Below are positions 51,550 to 64,000 of a DNA stretch of 64,000 nt, piece by piece. The stretch spans positions 24,676,501-24,740,500 of the forward strand of contig NC_069002.1 in assembly GCF_001194135.2 (NCBI RefSeq), read 5' to 3'. Source of the DNA: Octopus bimaculoides. Lineage: Eukaryota. The position numbers were made by a program, and so were the translations under genes. The notes under the pieces were generated by a model. That model made no database searches and was not told the DNA's origin. It was given only the letters and a program-made list of their open reading frames with translations. Position 1 is the first letter of the stretch. Each line of letters starts with the position of its first letter.

Positions 51550-53786
51550 NNNNNNNNNNNNNNNNNNNNNNNNNNNNNNNNNNNNNNNNNNNNNNNNNNN
51601 NNNNNNNNNNNNNNNNNNNNNNNNNNNNNNNNNNNNNNNNNNNNNNNNNNNNNNNNNNNNNNNNTATATATATATATATGTATGTATAAAATCAAAATAA
51701 GCAACAAGGATATTTAAAGTTAATGCAGTATGACCGTTTCATGCGACTCCATTTATTTAAGCAATGTGAACATTACATTGAATGTAAAATGCAGAGCAAT
51801 CCTCAGCTGCACAAAGATATAGACCTGTTTAATAACAGATTAGACCTTAGAGTATTGTGTGTACTCTGTTCCACTCGTACTTTTAAATATTTTAAAAAGT
51901 AGCAAACTTAAATAGTGTGGTATTTTAACAGCTGCCATGTTTATCTTAGGCTATAATTAGTACATATTTAAATTGAAATTGAACTTTTATAGCATATTTT
52001 TGATCTCTCAATGCATAATCTCCCTGTGAGAACTAAAATTTCAACTTTATCCATTAAACTTTTTTCACATCACTTTTGCTCTTGCTGTTAGTTTTAGTGT
52101 GTATCTTACTTACTTTACTTTATTTAACTTAAAAGAATAGGATGTTTTGAAATTTCTTAATAGTTTTTAATAGTTTTTAAACCTTTTTAAATTTTATTTA
52201 ATGCCTGACCCTAAAGGATTCATGTTATTCCATTATTCCTTTGTTTGTGGTAGTATCATTACTGCTATTTTATGGGTGACTCAAATAAATCTAATCCTTG
52301 TTCCATTATTATTTTGTACTTGGCCCATGTTAGTTAACACAAGTTCCTGGTTATTTAAGATAGTGTGGTCTAATTAAATTATTACATAATTATCATGTTC
52401 TCTATTAGTTGTTTCGTTCACCATTGTTAATTCCAACCATTCATTATATCGGTTTCTTAAACCTTGATGAGTCTATCATTACAAAACATATAAATCCTAT
52501 GTATCAATTCTTTATAGTAGTTATAAAATAAATTTTATCTCTTATGTGTCCTTTAAATAATATTAGATATATAAGTTTAATTTTAATTTTAAAATAATTT
52601 TTAGTCCAATATATATAAAAAAAACTTTAATTTCACATCTTATCTATGGTTCTTTATATTGGTGTAAATAAGTCTAAACGTACTTGACCAAAGCATTTTA
52701 AATTAAACTACTTGATGGCTTTTGCATACTGAATGTATTGATTAGTTACATTACTATACACTATTTCTTTTTATTTCTTATTTCATTATTGATCTATTAA
52801 GTTATAATTAGCTTTTATTTATTCACATATTAATTAAGCAACTATTGGCATCTCAAATTTTCCAAACTTAGCATATGTGAAACAATACTGATACATTATT
52901 CTGATTAATGAAAACTATGAATTAACATATACAGTATCTGTACACATATAGCAACTTTATTTTATATACTTTTGACCTAGGTGCCTTATGTTAAACTTCC
53001 CCTGCTCCATTATAAACTGGTCTGCTAGTAGAGAACCCACCCCACCCCCAACTTATAGTAATTTGTCATTAAAACCAAAACAATCTTTATAACCATATCA
53101 TCCATGTATATTGTTTACCCCTTTTCCCTTTCCCTATAAGGAAAAGGCTGGTGCGCTCTTAAGCTTTGAATCACTAGGTCTAATAAGATGAAACAAAAAA
53201 AAACAAATAAAATAAGTGACAGCTAAAATCTGCTTNNNNNNNNNNNNNNNNNNNNNNNNNNNNNNNNNNNNNNNNNNNNNNNNNNNNNNNNNNNNNNNNN
53301 NNNNNNNNNNNNNNNNNNNNNNNNNNNNNNNNNNNNNNNNNNNNNNNNNNNNNNNNNNNNNNNNNNNNNNNNNNNNNNNNNNNNNNNNNNNNNNNNNNNN
53401 NNNNNNNNNNNNNNNNNNNNNNNNNNNNNNNNNNNNNNNNNNNNNNNNNNNNNNNNNNNNNNNNNNNNNNNNNNNNNNNNNNNNNNNNNNNNNNNNNNNN
53501 NNNNNNNNNNNNNNNNNNNNNNNNNNNNNNNNNNNNNNNNNNNNNNNNNNNNNNNNNNNNNNNNNNNNNNNNNNNNNNNNNNNNNNNNNNNNNNNNNNNN
53601 NNNNNNNNNNNNNNNNNNNNNNNNNNNNNNNNNNNNNNNNNNNNNNNNNNNNNNNNNNNNNNNNNNNNNNNNNNNNNNNNNNNNNNNNNNNNNNNNNNNN
53701 NNNNNNNNNNNNNNNNNNNNNNNNNNNNNNNNNNNNNNNNNNNNNNNNNNNNNNNNNNNNNNNNNNNNNNNNNNNNNNNNNNNNCG

Positions 53787-54345
53787 TTGCAATTTTGGCT
53801 GGTTATTCTCGATATTGCTCCAATCTGGCCAGCCCCAAGGAAAATCTAAGCTGGGAGCATTAGATTCCTTGGAAGAAAGCAGCGAATGTATACAAAAACA
53901 AGGACGTAAAAAACGAACAACGTTACACAAATACAGTAGGAATAATAACGGGACATAACAACAGATGTCTTTTGACTAAGGACGAATAAAATTAAGCTGG
54001 CGTGTATGGAAATAAAACCTTACAGCCGGGATACAAGATTTCACAGGCACAGGGAGAAATAATGACGTTGCACGCACAACAGCCGCTCAAGAGAGAAAGG
54101 TCAGACTTGGCCGAACAGCGGTCACGTGGGAAGAGAGGAGAGAGAGGTAGCCAGATTGCAGCAATATCGAGAATAACCAGCCGAAATTGCAAGGATAATC
54201 TGGATCTCGACTGAAGAAAGAAAACTCCGCATGACCCGTCCGTGTTTTCTTTGTATCATCTATCTGGATGTTTTGTCTCTCTCTTGTATCACCTAACTGT
54301 CTGGATGTTTTGTGTTCTTGTCCCATTCTGTATTATTTATATATA
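53787..54345. repeat. Inverted repeat (43 bp visible, 2 mismatches: 53787-53829 and 54150-54192); left arm runs into a gap; pLTR-like right arm
   Basis: ttgcaattttggctggttattctcgatattgctccaatctggc vs gccagattgcagcaatatcgagaataaccagccgaaattgcaa. A decayed hammerhead-like ctgaagaaagaaaactccg follows at 54211. Confidence 0.8.
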
Positions 54346-54522
54346 TATATATACATATAGCGGCATACGTACACTTTGTCTCTTATATGTAAGTACACAT
54401 TTTTCTAAATCTGAGGAATCAGAGCAATCCAACCCTAACGTGTGAGACCAACCACCTTAGCGGATTGTGTCCTATTTGAGAAGTCTACAATCGGCTTTCT
54501 TTTGATTTGCCGCACAGACATT

Positions 54523-54650
54523 TCTTACCTTACGTAAGCAGTAAAGATTTCGGTTTGTTCTGAGTAATACCGATTGACGGTCGACGTGACAGTCGAATAT
54601 CGTCTTAGAATAACCGCTATTTACATCTTCTTCACCCGTCCAATCAGCGA
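54523..54650 (-). promoter_or_regulatory. Candidate promoter / non-coding first exon with 5' splice site
   Basis: CCAATCAG box at 54640, locally CpG-rich unique sequence, AAG|GTAAGA donor at 54529/54528, long GA tract upstream. No coding support. Confidence 0.3.
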
Positions 54651-54949
54651 TAATTTACTTAGCGCTTTTGTAGGTTCATCATCACATTTATCAGACTTTG
54701 GCTGCTCCGCCGAATTGCTGAAAAGTTTAGACGTTTGGTACGGTTCCACACTTATGGATGCTAAAACCTATAGAGTTGCACACAATCTCTCCGGTGCTAG
54801 TAAATTTCTTAGGCACTGCAGTTACTTGCGGGATATACACCAATCCTTCTTCATTCAAAATGGTTCAATCACATGCAACTGTATAAATATTAGCTGTAGT
54901 ATTTTCATAGAGATTCTCTCTGTGTGTCTATCGCTCTCTCCTACTCTCA

Positions 54950-55142
<193 letters not shown>

Positions 55143-55189
55143 GCTTCTCTTTTTCCTCTTAAGTTATCTGTCCTCAGAATTTAAACAAA

Positions 55190-55780
55190 CCAGGCTATGG
55201 TTATAAGATTAAGGATAGGAATATTACCTTTTTCTTGCATATGGACGATTTAAAACTCTATAGTAAGGATGATGCTGAAGGAAATTTTTGAAATGAATGG
55301 CGATTTTCACTAATGACACAGCTGTGGAATTTTAAATGGATACATATACAAAAGCTACATTTAGAAGCGGTGCGTTCACAAAAACGGAACCAGCAGTTCT
55401 TGAAACAAACGGAATCATCAAAGAAGTAGAAAGGAGAGGAGGTACAAGTACCTTGGGATAAAGGAGGTAGTATACACCATACGACATTGAAACAAACAAA
55501 AAAAAACAAGGAGAGTAAGAGCTGTTTTGAAGACCGAAATCATTGCACAACGTAGAATAATCATCCGAAGAAACATACTGATAATTCCAATTATAGACAT
55601 ACTTTTAATAACATTAATTGGATTATAAATGAAATTAAAAAATTACGTTTTTTTTTTTTAATGATGATTATAAATATACAACAAATTATATTACCTCAAG
55701 GCAGATGCTAATCACCTATACTTGCAGAGTAGCAGCATTCAGGGGAAGGATACGATTTAAACGATTATATATAACCATCA
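55190..55780 (+). mobile_element. R4/Dong-clade LINE RT fragment
   Basis: GYKIKDRNITFFLHMDDLKLYSKDD, YKYLGIKE, RVRAVLKTE, KADANHLYL. Confidence 0.78.
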
Positions 55781-56726
55781 GCAACACGAAAACTCTCTAA
55801 ACATTAAGAAACAAGAAAATACTAGATGCTGCTACAAATTCTAAACCAAAAACTAACATAATGCCGGAACATACAGAATGGAACCAGGCAAGATTTTATG
55901 ATAATGAAACCAGTAATATTTACATCTGATTTGTTGTGCAATTAAAAATGATTCCTTTTGTATAAGAATTAGTTTGCTTTCAACAAATTCTTTCCGAAAT
56001 CGTTTTCTTTCTATTTTGACTTCCATCATGCTAATTTTTTTTCCAACCATTCTTGTATTGAACGCGTATCTTATTTAATACTAATTTGTTCTCTGAGTTT
56101 TTCTCGGGATCGAATATATTAAGACTTAATTGTATTATGATAGAATTTTATACCATAAAGTGTCAAAGCATTTCTCCGTAGATCAACGACCTGGTCTTGG
56201 AAAATTCTATTATCTCACTGTTTACTATTTATCTATAAATTTAAATTTGCATTCCTGTATTAACTCACATTTTTATTATCTTATATTTTCACATTTGGTT
56301 TATTCTTTAAAGGTTTCATTTGTTTGCTGGTTCTCCTTGTATGCCAATGGCGTAATCAATGCGAATTTCTATATGTGATATGTAAATCATTCAATGAATT
56401 TCCTTATGACTTTGTTTGTTTATTTTTATTCTTTACCATACAAGCGTATTGTTATCAATATTTATATATAAAGGCTCTTATTGAATTTTTATTATTTTGA
56501 TTTTGTTTTATGGTTGTGGATATCTGTAGACATTGGTAATAAAGGAAAAAAGAAAAAAAAGACAGAAGCTGTTGATTTCTAAATAGACTTTGTATTGTTG
56601 ACGTTTCTTCCGTGTTGTCAACGAAGTTGGTATGTTTTTTGTTATCTGTTCGCCGTTGTAATGTTTAGAGTATGAGGGTATGAATTATTCACACTTATGT
56701 AACCGTTTATATTTACACACACACAC

Positions 56727-56799
<73 letters not shown>

Positions 56800-57042
56800 A
56801 TATATATANNNNNNNNNNNNNNNNNNNNNNNNNNNNNNNNNNNNNNNNNNNNNNNNNNNNNNNNNNNNNNNNNNNNNNNNNNNNNNNNNNNNNNNNNNNN
56901 NNNNNNNNNNNNNNNNNNNNNNNNNNNNNNNNNNNNNNNNNNNNNNNNNNNNNNNNNNNNNNNNNNNNNNNNNNNNNNNNNNNNNNNNNNNNNNNNNNNN
57001 NNNNNNNNNNNNNNNNNNNNNNNNNNNNNNNNNNNNNNNNNN

Positions 57043-57095
<53 letters not shown>

Positions 57096-57509
57096 CGTTG
57101 CTTTCTGCAGTTTCATTCATTGCGAACACTTTGTCCATTGTCTTTTCCCGTAATATATGAGCTCTATACGGCAAGGTCGTGCTACTGTCCATGTTGCGTT
57201 TTCTTAATAAGTATCTCAATAGGATATTTTAATAAGTATGTTAATAAGTTCGTTTTAAACAACCCATGGGACTCGAGGCTTCACTATTGATATTCTTGTA
57301 ATCTTTGTATATTATTATGTATGTATTTCAGAACTACACCAGCACGTTTTGAAGGGGAAAATATTAGTTGCACTTTCGAAGGACGTGCATATAAATCTAT
57401 ATTAATCCATATAAACCCATTTTCACACCTGTGATTATCGAGAATATCGTCTGCCAACAGAGTTTTCAGAAATGTTTGGGAAATTGTCACAGCCTGCTGT
57501 TACTTACAT

Positions 57510-57545
<36 letters not shown>

Positions 57546-58530
57546 TAAATACAAGCTATCTCCCATAAACATTATATTTAACCATTTGCAATAGAAACAG
57601 ATTTACAATTCAGAGATTAACTTGTTTTCGAATATGCATTATCTGGAACAGCCTCATTATGAATACTGCTGCGATCTACGTATGTAGTTATTTTGACGAG
57701 GTACATACAGAAAAGTTGACAAACATCCGCAAGAATTGGTTGTTATAGAAATGGCATATATTATCAAGTATGAGAGTAAATCACTAGTTACAACTGGAAA
57801 CAATGGCTTTAATTTAGAAATTGTTCTGTATGTTACCATCAATAACATTCAGTGGATTACGGAGCATATTCATAAACTAAAGAATAATCATTGGTTGAAA
57901 CGGAAATAGATTTGATTCAATGACATTTATACACGATATCTCGTGGATAAGATATTTATCTTTTACCTTTGCTCATCCTAAACGTAACGAATTCGAGGAA
58001 AACCGAAAATATAAAAGTTCTGAAAAAACTATGGATATTACAATAAATGAAATAGAATATAATTGTGCCACATGGAATATATCTTTATATTTGTCTTAAG
58101 ACAGTGTCCATTAGAACATACCTTCGATCAGGCGCAACCGTATAAATCGAAGCAAATTTAATGCAAAATAGAATAAATGGGAATCTAGTTCGATTTTTTT
58201 TTGTTTCTTTTCTTTCACATAACGTCGAAAAAACTGATTGCAGATGTGACCAATTCACGAACTGCGAGTTCTACGAACCTTAGAATTATTAACAACTTAC
58301 TTATGAATGCCAAAATATTCCAGGATCAGCTACGAAATAAAGAAAATTTAGAAATAACTGTCGTTTGGTTTAGCAAATTTTCTGTGTACAGATACTGCAC
58401 TATAATATCAATTTAATGTTATCTCCATAGATTTTTCAATACAATTCAGAGCCAGTACAGTCAGTTACAACGTTTCGTAAGCAAACAAGTTTATACAAAC
58501 AAATCGATCGAAGATAGAAAGATAAATAAT

Positions 58531-58577
58531 AGGTGTACATGCATATTTCGAAGTTTATTGCTCTCTCATCAGCACCT
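58531..58577 (-). ncRNA. Minimal type-I hammerhead ribozyme, catalytic core intact
   Basis: aggug-CUGAUGA-GAG-(10 nt)-UUC-GAAA-U-AUGCAU-GUA-caccu. Perfect 5-bp stem I, G10.1-C11.1 pair, palindromic stem III loop, GUA triplet; 15.2-16.2 is a U.G wobble. Confidence 0.8.
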
Positions 58578-58642
58578 CATCCAACCAACATCTAGTATGC
58601 ATTAAAATAATCTCTTAGCGGATAGTTGATTGGTTGGATGAA

Positions 58643-58687
58643 GTGCTGATGAGAGAACAATAATCCTCGAAATATGAATGTACATCC
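58643..58687 (+). ncRNA. Minimal type-I hammerhead ribozyme, core intact, weakened stems I and III
   Basis: gug-CUGAUGA-GAG-(10 nt)-CUC-GAAA-U-AUGAAU-GUA-cau. Confidence 0.7.
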
Positions 58688-59642
58688 ATTACCTTCTTTA
58701 TCTTCGCTCACAGAAATCTGTTTGTTTACGAAAGGTCATAACTTACAGTGTTGGCTCTGAATTCTATAGAAATTCTATATAGATAACATTAAACTAAAAT
58801 AACAAGCTCTGTTAACACACTTTGGGACATATTTTTGACTTAATGAACATATACTATACTTATCAGTTTATTGTGTTTACAAAACGAAATACTGCTGCCT
58901 TAGTAGCATATAAAAAATTTAAAACACAACGAGTAGAATTTAAACTGTCTATCTTTTCTCTGTTATTACGATTCTCATTGCAACATTGTGTATATTCATC
59001 CAGTTAAAATAATCTGTTGATTTTATTTAAAACTTTTTTTAGTTATGTTACCTGTCATAATTTAAATTGTTCGTTCACTGATGGCCTCCTTCAAATACGG
59101 AAAAGAATTTTTGTTTGTTTCTATTCTCAGATTACGTATATTAGAGTCCGGTTCTGTGTTCCTACTATTGAACGCCATTTGATTAATATGCGATTGTAAC
59201 AGAAACATCTACGAGAAACCTTTTAAAAGCTGTCATTACATTATTCGCATTTTTTCCGACTTCTTACAGATTCTATATATGTATATAACAATCCTAGCTT
59301 ATTACAGGAAAAGCTGAAGGAAAATGAAATTGCATGTCTTCTTATTCAATAGATCAATCAAAATGTTCCCTTTTAAGTAAGAAACGGGCTCAAAGTATTC
59401 GTTAGTTCAATATTTTCCTTCTACTAACATGCATCCATCTACTCAAGACCAAATTTTGTTGAAATAATAAGAAGCAAGTATTGTAAGTATTTTAAAATTC
59501 TATTAAATTTGAATTTGAAATTAACTTGACAAGAACTGATAGGTTCTTCACAATCGTTTATACATGCAATACGGAAATTAAATTCAACATTAAAACAGTC
59601 TGTAACTGAGTGATAGTAGAAGTTTCTTCAACTTTAATTGTG

Positions 59643-59768
59643 TATACATACATACATACATACATACATACATACATACATACATACATACATACATACA
59701 TGCATGCATACATACATACATACATACATACATACATACATACATACATACATACATACATACATACG
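59643..59768. repeat. (TACA)n microsatellite
   Basis: Direct reading. Confidence 0.97.
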
Positions 59769-59899
59769 TATGTATAACTATATGTATGCGAGTGTGGATG
59801 TATTTATGTTGTCTTTAATCATTAAATTCTTCCTCTGCAGAAGGAGCTGGTTTCTAACACATACAAACCTCCATTGTTGGAATGTCGATAACAAAAATA

Positions 59900-62800
59900 A
59901 TGTTAACTTATAAACTATAAGCCTTGCATATTTTTACTGTTCCACTTACAGATTATTTTTGTAATGTGCCTGTAAGCTGGTCGGCTTCGTTTTCTGAAAA
60001 TCCAGCCTTATCCAGACTGACAGTTAAGTATTTACTTAAACAACCATGTGCTCCAATTATTATTGGTATAACTTTGAATTTACAATCTGCATATAGAAGC
60101 TGGAGGCTTCGAAGCAGTTGTCTACAGTTATCTTCTTTCTCTTTGGTTTTCAAAGACATATTCACATCATATTCACATCAGCATATTCACATAGCTAACC
60201 TCTATGACGACACATACATTTTTTGCCTGCCCAAAACAATAACCAGCCTGTTATATTTACACTTGACACATATTTTGATGGGATTGCTCCACTAGTATTC
60301 CTCTCGTGTTGATGTTTGTGTATGTATTCAAATACAGGGATATTTTCTATACCTATTCCAAGACAGTCTGTTTCCGAATGTTATTGTACAAAGCTTTTGT
60401 GACAACGTCGTGACGCATAGGGAGGTAATACCTTGATATCATTCTGGGGCAACTGCTAATCACATGTATAAAGTCTTCCACAGTTGTCTGTTGGAGCTTC
60501 AAGGACTTCACTGCCTATTTTGTTTATTAAGTATTCTGTGGTGATCTCCAGTACTTGGTTTGCAAATGCATAGCCTTCGAAGTGTGATGTGATGTAGCGG
60601 TGACAAGTTCAAGAGAAGCTTCGCTTCATGTTGATACTGCTGCCTTTTTTAAGTCTTCGGGGAACAATACCTAAGCAAATCTTTTTTTTATTATTTTAGT
60701 ATGCTGAGCATTTAACATTCATGTCTTCCTTGAGGTGTATTAGTCCGGTTATCTGAGGGAGGTCATCAGTTAAAAAGTGGCTTTCTTCTACAAACCGGTC
60801 CAGTATTCCGAAGGCAGGAATTAACACTGGTACTGAAAATGCATTGTGGGATAATGCCTTGAGTTCCGACTGCCACATTTTTCATAGCCTGGTATAATAT
60901 TCTTGGATAATTCTAATTTTATTCACGGTTACTTTGTACCATATATTTTCATCAATGTCTAGATACTTGGAGCATTCTTTGTGTGACAGGGGAGACAGAG
61001 AGAGACCATTGATGGAGAGATTTGGAGTCTAAGGGACAGATTTTCCCTGCTCGACAATCAGGGCATAGAAGGATGAAGTTAGCTGGACACTGCATCAGAC
61101 ACACCGATTAAATTAACAAGCTAGCGCTCTGACAACCAATAGAAGGAAGAACCAGGAGAGGAAGAGGAAAGACGACCTATATTGATAACTTGCAGGAGGA
61201 TACTGGTATGGACGTGGCACAGGAGCTGAGGACCTTTATGGAAGATCGAGATGAATGAGGAAAACAGGTGGAAACAATCTTGGAACGTCCCATGGGACGA
61301 CCTAGATAAATATATAGATCGACAGTCAAATTTGAGCTTTTCTTTCGGCCAAATTCCATTCCTGTGATAGCTGGAAATATTAATTCCAGCTATTTTTGAC
61401 ATAGTAAACAATTTTAGCATAAATCTCGAGGTCATCCGCAAAGAGAATATGGGTTACATTAATATCTTTAGCAGTTACTGACCCCAGCATGTAACCATTT
61501 GATTTTTGTAGCAGGACTGATAATGGATTTAATGCCAAAATGAACAGAACTACAGAAAGATATCTCATTGGAATATTCTCTTTGAAATATTTGTAACATT
61601 TGTGATGATTGTCCCGGTCTTAGTTCTAAGTGTAAGAATTGTTACCCACGTCCTTGTGAGCATTTTAGTGGCAGAAATTAAGGCAGCAGGCAGTTTTGCC
61701 AAATGTAGTTGCTTCGTCAGATTTAATTGGAAAATAAAGTCAAATGCCTTCCTAAAATCCAGGCATGTTGATGCAAGGCTTTTACAAATTTTTCTCACTT
61801 CAGACAGTACAGCTTTATCAAAAGTTGTTCCGCACATTCTCACACTCCTTTCTTTCCACCGATCTGTTCATCGGTCACTATGTTGTTGGAATCACAATAA
61901 GCTTGGAGTAATTGGTCGGGCAGCTCGTGTACAGTTAGTACGTATCTTTTTGTGAAGTAATAGGCCTATAATTTTTTGCCAACTCTGTGATTTCCTTCTT
62001 AGTTACACGATTCGTCCGTGCAATAGCAAGCCAATTTCCTATGTCAATCTTAAGTCGTACTTTTGAATATACATATCAGCGGTTTCCTATAAAATGTCAG
62101 TCTTTCTTAACGGTAATATTTCCCTTTCTCATCTTTCCGTATAATGTCAGTGAGTTAGAACCAAACTTGTGATTTATACAGCCGCCTTCAAAATTTACCT
62201 ACAGTTATGGAGATATTCACACAGCGCCCTAAGTTCGTGTTTTAGAGCAATTAACCTTCCCTCAAGTGAGTGGTGTGAAGAGTCACCGTAGAATTTTGTT
62301 AATTTATTCATAAGCTGAAATTGATTAGGTGCAAACTCATTATTCCTCTTACATTTTATTATCGTGGTTAACTATATTTCATGTTTTGTTTTCCATCTAG
62401 GTTGCTTCCGTCTAGTAGTTTCATAATTATGCATTCTGCAGATGTCTCCTAGGTGTTCTTTAAGAGTGATAGCAGCTGTGTATATGAGGGTATTAATATT
62501 CCGCTAATTAACATCTCATAATTCCATGTGCTCTACAGCGACATCGTCGATAGCTTTTAACGTTAGAGCTGTTGGATTTTTTTCTTAATCTTGTTAGGAA
62601 TGGCCTGTCGCTTAACAATAGATTTCAGAGAAAACAAAAGTTTTCTCTGACTTGTGGTTTTAGAATGTTTCTTACTTGAATATATTTCACAGTTGTCTCT
62701 GTTGACTCAGCTATATTTGGAGAGACGCGAGAATATAGTGAAGGCAATGGTGGCTTGCATACCTTATTTTCGGTCTCTCATCAGGCAGGTTTTGGCCAGC

Positions 62801-63000
62801 TCCCAGTAGTTTGAGAATATTGAGTTATATCACGAGAGCAAGACATTGTTTATTAAAGAAAGATGCTTGTCACCGCAATAAAGATTCTTCAGTTAGGGAT
62901 GAACTTCGTTCCAGTATTTTTTGAACTACTTCTTATATCCGATAGAAAGGTCTTCACAGGCTTTTTCACAATATCGAAGTTCGTTTACATAGAGTCTAAG
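59900..63000 (-). mobile_element. Degenerate, nearly full-span R4/Dong-clade (restriction-like endonuclease) non-LTR retrotransposon
   Basis: N-terminal LIYTAAITLKEHLG; RT LDFRKAFD, KRIFQ, LFILALNPLS..THILFADDL, SKYLDIDEN; RLE tail KEKEDN..LQLLY..FKVIPIIIGAHG..SGTVKICK. Many stops, frameshifts and deletions. Confidence 0.85.
61061..61318 (+). mobile_element. 5'-truncated RTE-clade LINE 3' end nested in the R4 element
   Basis: RRMKLAGHCIRHTD..EGRTRRGRGKTTYIDNLQEDTG..ELRTFMEDRDE, with a tagataaa tail; flanked by tcgacaatca / tcgacagtca (10-bp TSD, 1 mismatch). Confidence 0.85.
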
Positions 63001-63314
63001 TAAATTGAGACGAGTGCTTAAGTTTTCTTAGATAGCTTAATAGAGCAGCAGTGCTGTTTACGTCGGTGTTGTTATTAACTTTGGTCATGATCGTGTTAGC
63101 TAAATTTCACGTGGTATGAGGTATATGTTTTTAAAATCCGGTCTGAATAGCACTATTTAAAATAGGAGAAGTAAACCACTTACTAATTATTTAATATAGA
63201 GGAATAGGCATAAATGTAGAAGAAAACGTTCAAAAAGAAATTTTAAACGGTCTTCTATGCACGTCTGATTTTGACTGCGCCATGCATATATATATGTATT
63301 ATGTATGCGCATGC

Positions 63315-63460
63315 CCGTGGATTTGTGGTTAGGATGTTGGACTCATGGTCGGAAGATTGTGCGGCAATGCGTTGTCTTCTTGAGCAAAGCATTTCATTTT
63401 CACGTTACTCTAGTCCACTCAGCTGGCAAATACGAGTATTCCTGTGGCAGACTAGCGTCA
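63315..63460 (+). mobile_element. Degenerate CORE-type SINE
   Basis: gtggttaggatgttggactcatg..gttgtcttcttgagcaaagcatttcattttcacgttactctagtccactcagctggc. Confidence 0.75.
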
Positions 63461-63649
63461 CATCCACGGCAGAGTATATATATGCTACAAACCGTGAGAC
63501 CGGCCTCATGAGTATACATTTCACAGAAGGGACTTAAATCTATATACATATATAAATGTAATTGAAAATTATAGGAAAACAAAAGACGAACACAGTTGTA
63601 CGAACAACAAGCAGGTGTATTAGTTTGACACAAGGAAAAGTGAAAACGT

Positions 63650-63685
63650 CTTTTACGTTTCGAGCCTACGCTCTTCAACAGAAAG
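63650..63685 (-). ncRNA. Hammerhead-like motif with A6 to U core change, pLTR-like context
   Basis: cuuu-CUGUUGA-A-GAGC-GUAG-GCUC-GAAAC-GUA-aaag. 4-bp stems I and II; loop-less palindromic ACGU stem III. Confidence 0.55.
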
Positions 63686-63959
63686 GAATAAGAGAAAATA
63701 AACAGAGAAAGAGTGAAAAAAAACTGTAGATGTAGCGGTCAAGTATGGCGACTCACTAGAAAAATGATTGAAAGAAGAGGTTGAAAGAATGGGAGATAAT
63801 AAAGTATTGGTGATCCTAAAACGAAGGTGCGCGTGCGTGTGTGTATGTGAGAATGTGTAAGAATGTGTAAGTGTGTGTGTATGTGGATAGGGGCTAGTGA
63901 CTTTGATGTATGTATGTATGTGTGTGCGTGTGTACGTGTGTGCGTGTGTGCGTCTGCAT

Positions 63960-64000
<41 letters not shown>

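Larger units (their letters stand above)
58443..58763. repeat. Head-to-head inverted repeat (about 145-bp arms, about 30-bp spacer), each arm carrying a hammerhead motif
   Basis: Outer ends aattcagagcc / ggctctgaatt; inner ends ccaaccaa / ttggttgg; the arms align by eye throughout. Confidence 0.92.

Noticed and set aside
51715-53235. Mitochondrial insertion (NUMT)
   Set aside because: It is AT-rich with faint rRNA-like words, but I found no convincing 16S/12S conserved blocks or mitochondrial protein motifs. Left as unexplained.
57284-57490. 68-aa minus-strand ORF (and the opposite-strand frame RFEGENISCTFEGRAYK) as a host exon
   Set aside because: No recognisable domain, and both strands look equally plausible, so there is no basis for a CDS call.
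62755-62795. Hammerhead on the minus strand (CUGAUGAGAGACCGAAA)
   Set aside because: Stem II is only 1 bp, stems I and III do not pair, and it lies within R4 coding remnant; likely chance.

Overview
Eukaryotic, AT-rich, microsatellite-dense DNA with about 23 N-gaps. The SINE families and repeat style point to a cephalopod, probably Octopus (inference, not database-checked). I could not confidently identify any host protein-coding exon, rRNA, true tRNA or CRISPR array, and most ORFs in the supplied track are translations of microsatellites and gaps. The window is largely decayed transposable elements: two Penelope-like (GIY-YIG) remnants, a Buster-type hAT, a ZMYM1/Tip100-like hAT carrying a 39-bp in-frame minisatellite, a Chapaev3-type CMC transposon, a mariner fragment, CR1, RTE and R4/Dong LINE remnants, a fairly well preserved Tx1/L1-type ORF1, and about 16 tRNA-derived SINE copies. 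The most interesting signal is a set of about 9 minimal type-I hammerhead ribozyme motifs from several sequence families. Two pairs (26.3-27.0 kb and 58.4-58.8 kb) sit in head-to-head inverted repeats, and a third inverted pair (53.8-54.3 kb) carries a decayed core. A read-through transcript would therefore contain a ribozyme next to its own antisense. All calls come from manual reading and translation; element boundaries are approximate.
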